Below are positions 63,325 through 64,000 of a stretch of 64,000 nt of DNA, piece by piece. This DNA is from an uncultured Trueperaceae bacterium (GTDB lineage: Bacteria; Deinococcota; Deinococci; Deinococcales; Trueperaceae): NCBI GenBank assembly GCA_963815215.1, contig CAWFFU010000004.1, positions 64,001 to 128,000 of the forward strand. The letters are read 5' to 3'. The first letter of the stretch is position 1. The number at the start of each line of letters is the position of its first letter. The position numbers were made by a program, and so were the translations under genes. Under the pieces are notes generated by a model. That model was not told where the DNA came from. It searched no databases and worked only from the letters and a program-made list of their open reading frames with translations.

Positions 63325-64000
63325 CTACGACCGCCAGCCCTGCGCCTCGGCGTAGCCGCGCAGCAGCGCCCGGGCGTCCTCGGGGGTGGTGATGTCGCCG
63401 ACCGCTTCGGCCTCGCGCAGGAGCTCGAGGGCCTCGCCCACCCGGGGGCCGGCCGGGATCGAGAGCAACTGCATCACCGCCTCGCCGTCGAGCAGCGGGG
63501 GTGTGGGCGTAGGCTCGTCCAGGATGGCGAGCACCTGCGCCAGCGCCAGCCGGTAGGCGTTCCGCCCGGCTTCGCTGGCGAGGGGGCCGCGGGCGGCCTC
63601 GCGATCGGCGATCATCAGCTTCAACAGGTCCGGCAGGAGCGCGCCGCGACGGTGGACGAAGCGTCTCGCCTCGCGCTCGCCGCGGGGCAGCGGAAGCATG
63701 TGGTAGCGCACCAGCGCCCCGACCCGATCGGCGCGTGCGCGCGGTTGACGCAGTCGCGTGAGCGCCGACTGCGCCAGTCGCTGGCCCAGCCGGGCATGGC
63801 CGTAGAAGTGGGTGCGCCCGTCCTCGCCCGGACCCCGGGTGGCGGGCTTGCCGATGTCGTGTAAGAGCGTGGCCCAGCGCAGGGCGGCGTCCGCTTCGGG
63901 GAAGCCCTGGACCAGCTGGTTCAGCGCCTCCAGCGAGTGGCGCAGGACATCGAGATGGTGGAAGCCTCCCTGCTCGACGCCGCGGCAGGCGGCGAGCTCG
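63325..64000 (-). CDS. HD-domain/CCA-type tRNA nucleotidyltransferase, C-terminal part (truncated by window edge)
   Basis: minus frame reads [20 protein letters not shown]...[11 protein letters not shown]...HFYGHA...LLDGEAVM...GPRVGEAL. Confidence 0.82.
   Translation of the reverse strand, partial: ELAACRGVEQGGFHHLDVLRHSLEALNQLVQGFPEADAALRWATLLHDIGKPATRGPGEDGRTHFYGHARLGQRLAQSALTRLRQPRARADRVGALVRYHMLPLPRGEREARRFVHRRGALLPDLLKLMIADREAARGPLASEAGRNAYRLALAQVLAILDEPTPTPPLLDGEAVMQLLSIPAGPRVGEALELLREAEAVGDITTPEDARALLRGYAEAQGWRS

Overview
High-GC window, most likely from a Deinococcota (Truepera-like) chromosome. This is inferred from a DUF3208-like gene, an M29 aminopeptidase, an archaeal/eukaryotic-type ProRS and pervasive leaderless TANNNT promoters. 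It holds about 65 densely packed, mostly housekeeping CDSs. These include a ROK-regulated sugar ABC operon, mscS, yifB/comM, degV, asd, proB, hisZG, corA, a peptide ABC/amidohydrolase/GH65-betaPGM/radical SAM/M24 block, fadIJ, an FMN-riboswitch ribD-ribE-ribBA operon with a distant ribH, recQ, metG, proS, ilvE, galE and an ExeM nuclease. I saw no mobile elements, rRNA/tRNA or CRISPR. The most interesting signals are cis-regulatory and missing from the ORF track. (i) At 47.6-48.6 kb, a consensus promoter, 54-aa leader peptide and classical attenuator precede two paralogous Arg-rich microproteins. (ii) A 13-aa leaderless leader peptide with terminator/antiterminator lies upstream of metG. (iii) A Pro-rich uORF is coupled to corA by a GTGA overlap. 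(iv) A one-base frameshift at the end of a 15-nt tandem repeat splits a DUF6483-like gene and fuses its N-terminus in frame to the next aminotransferase. All functional calls come from motif recognition by eye; no database searches were run.
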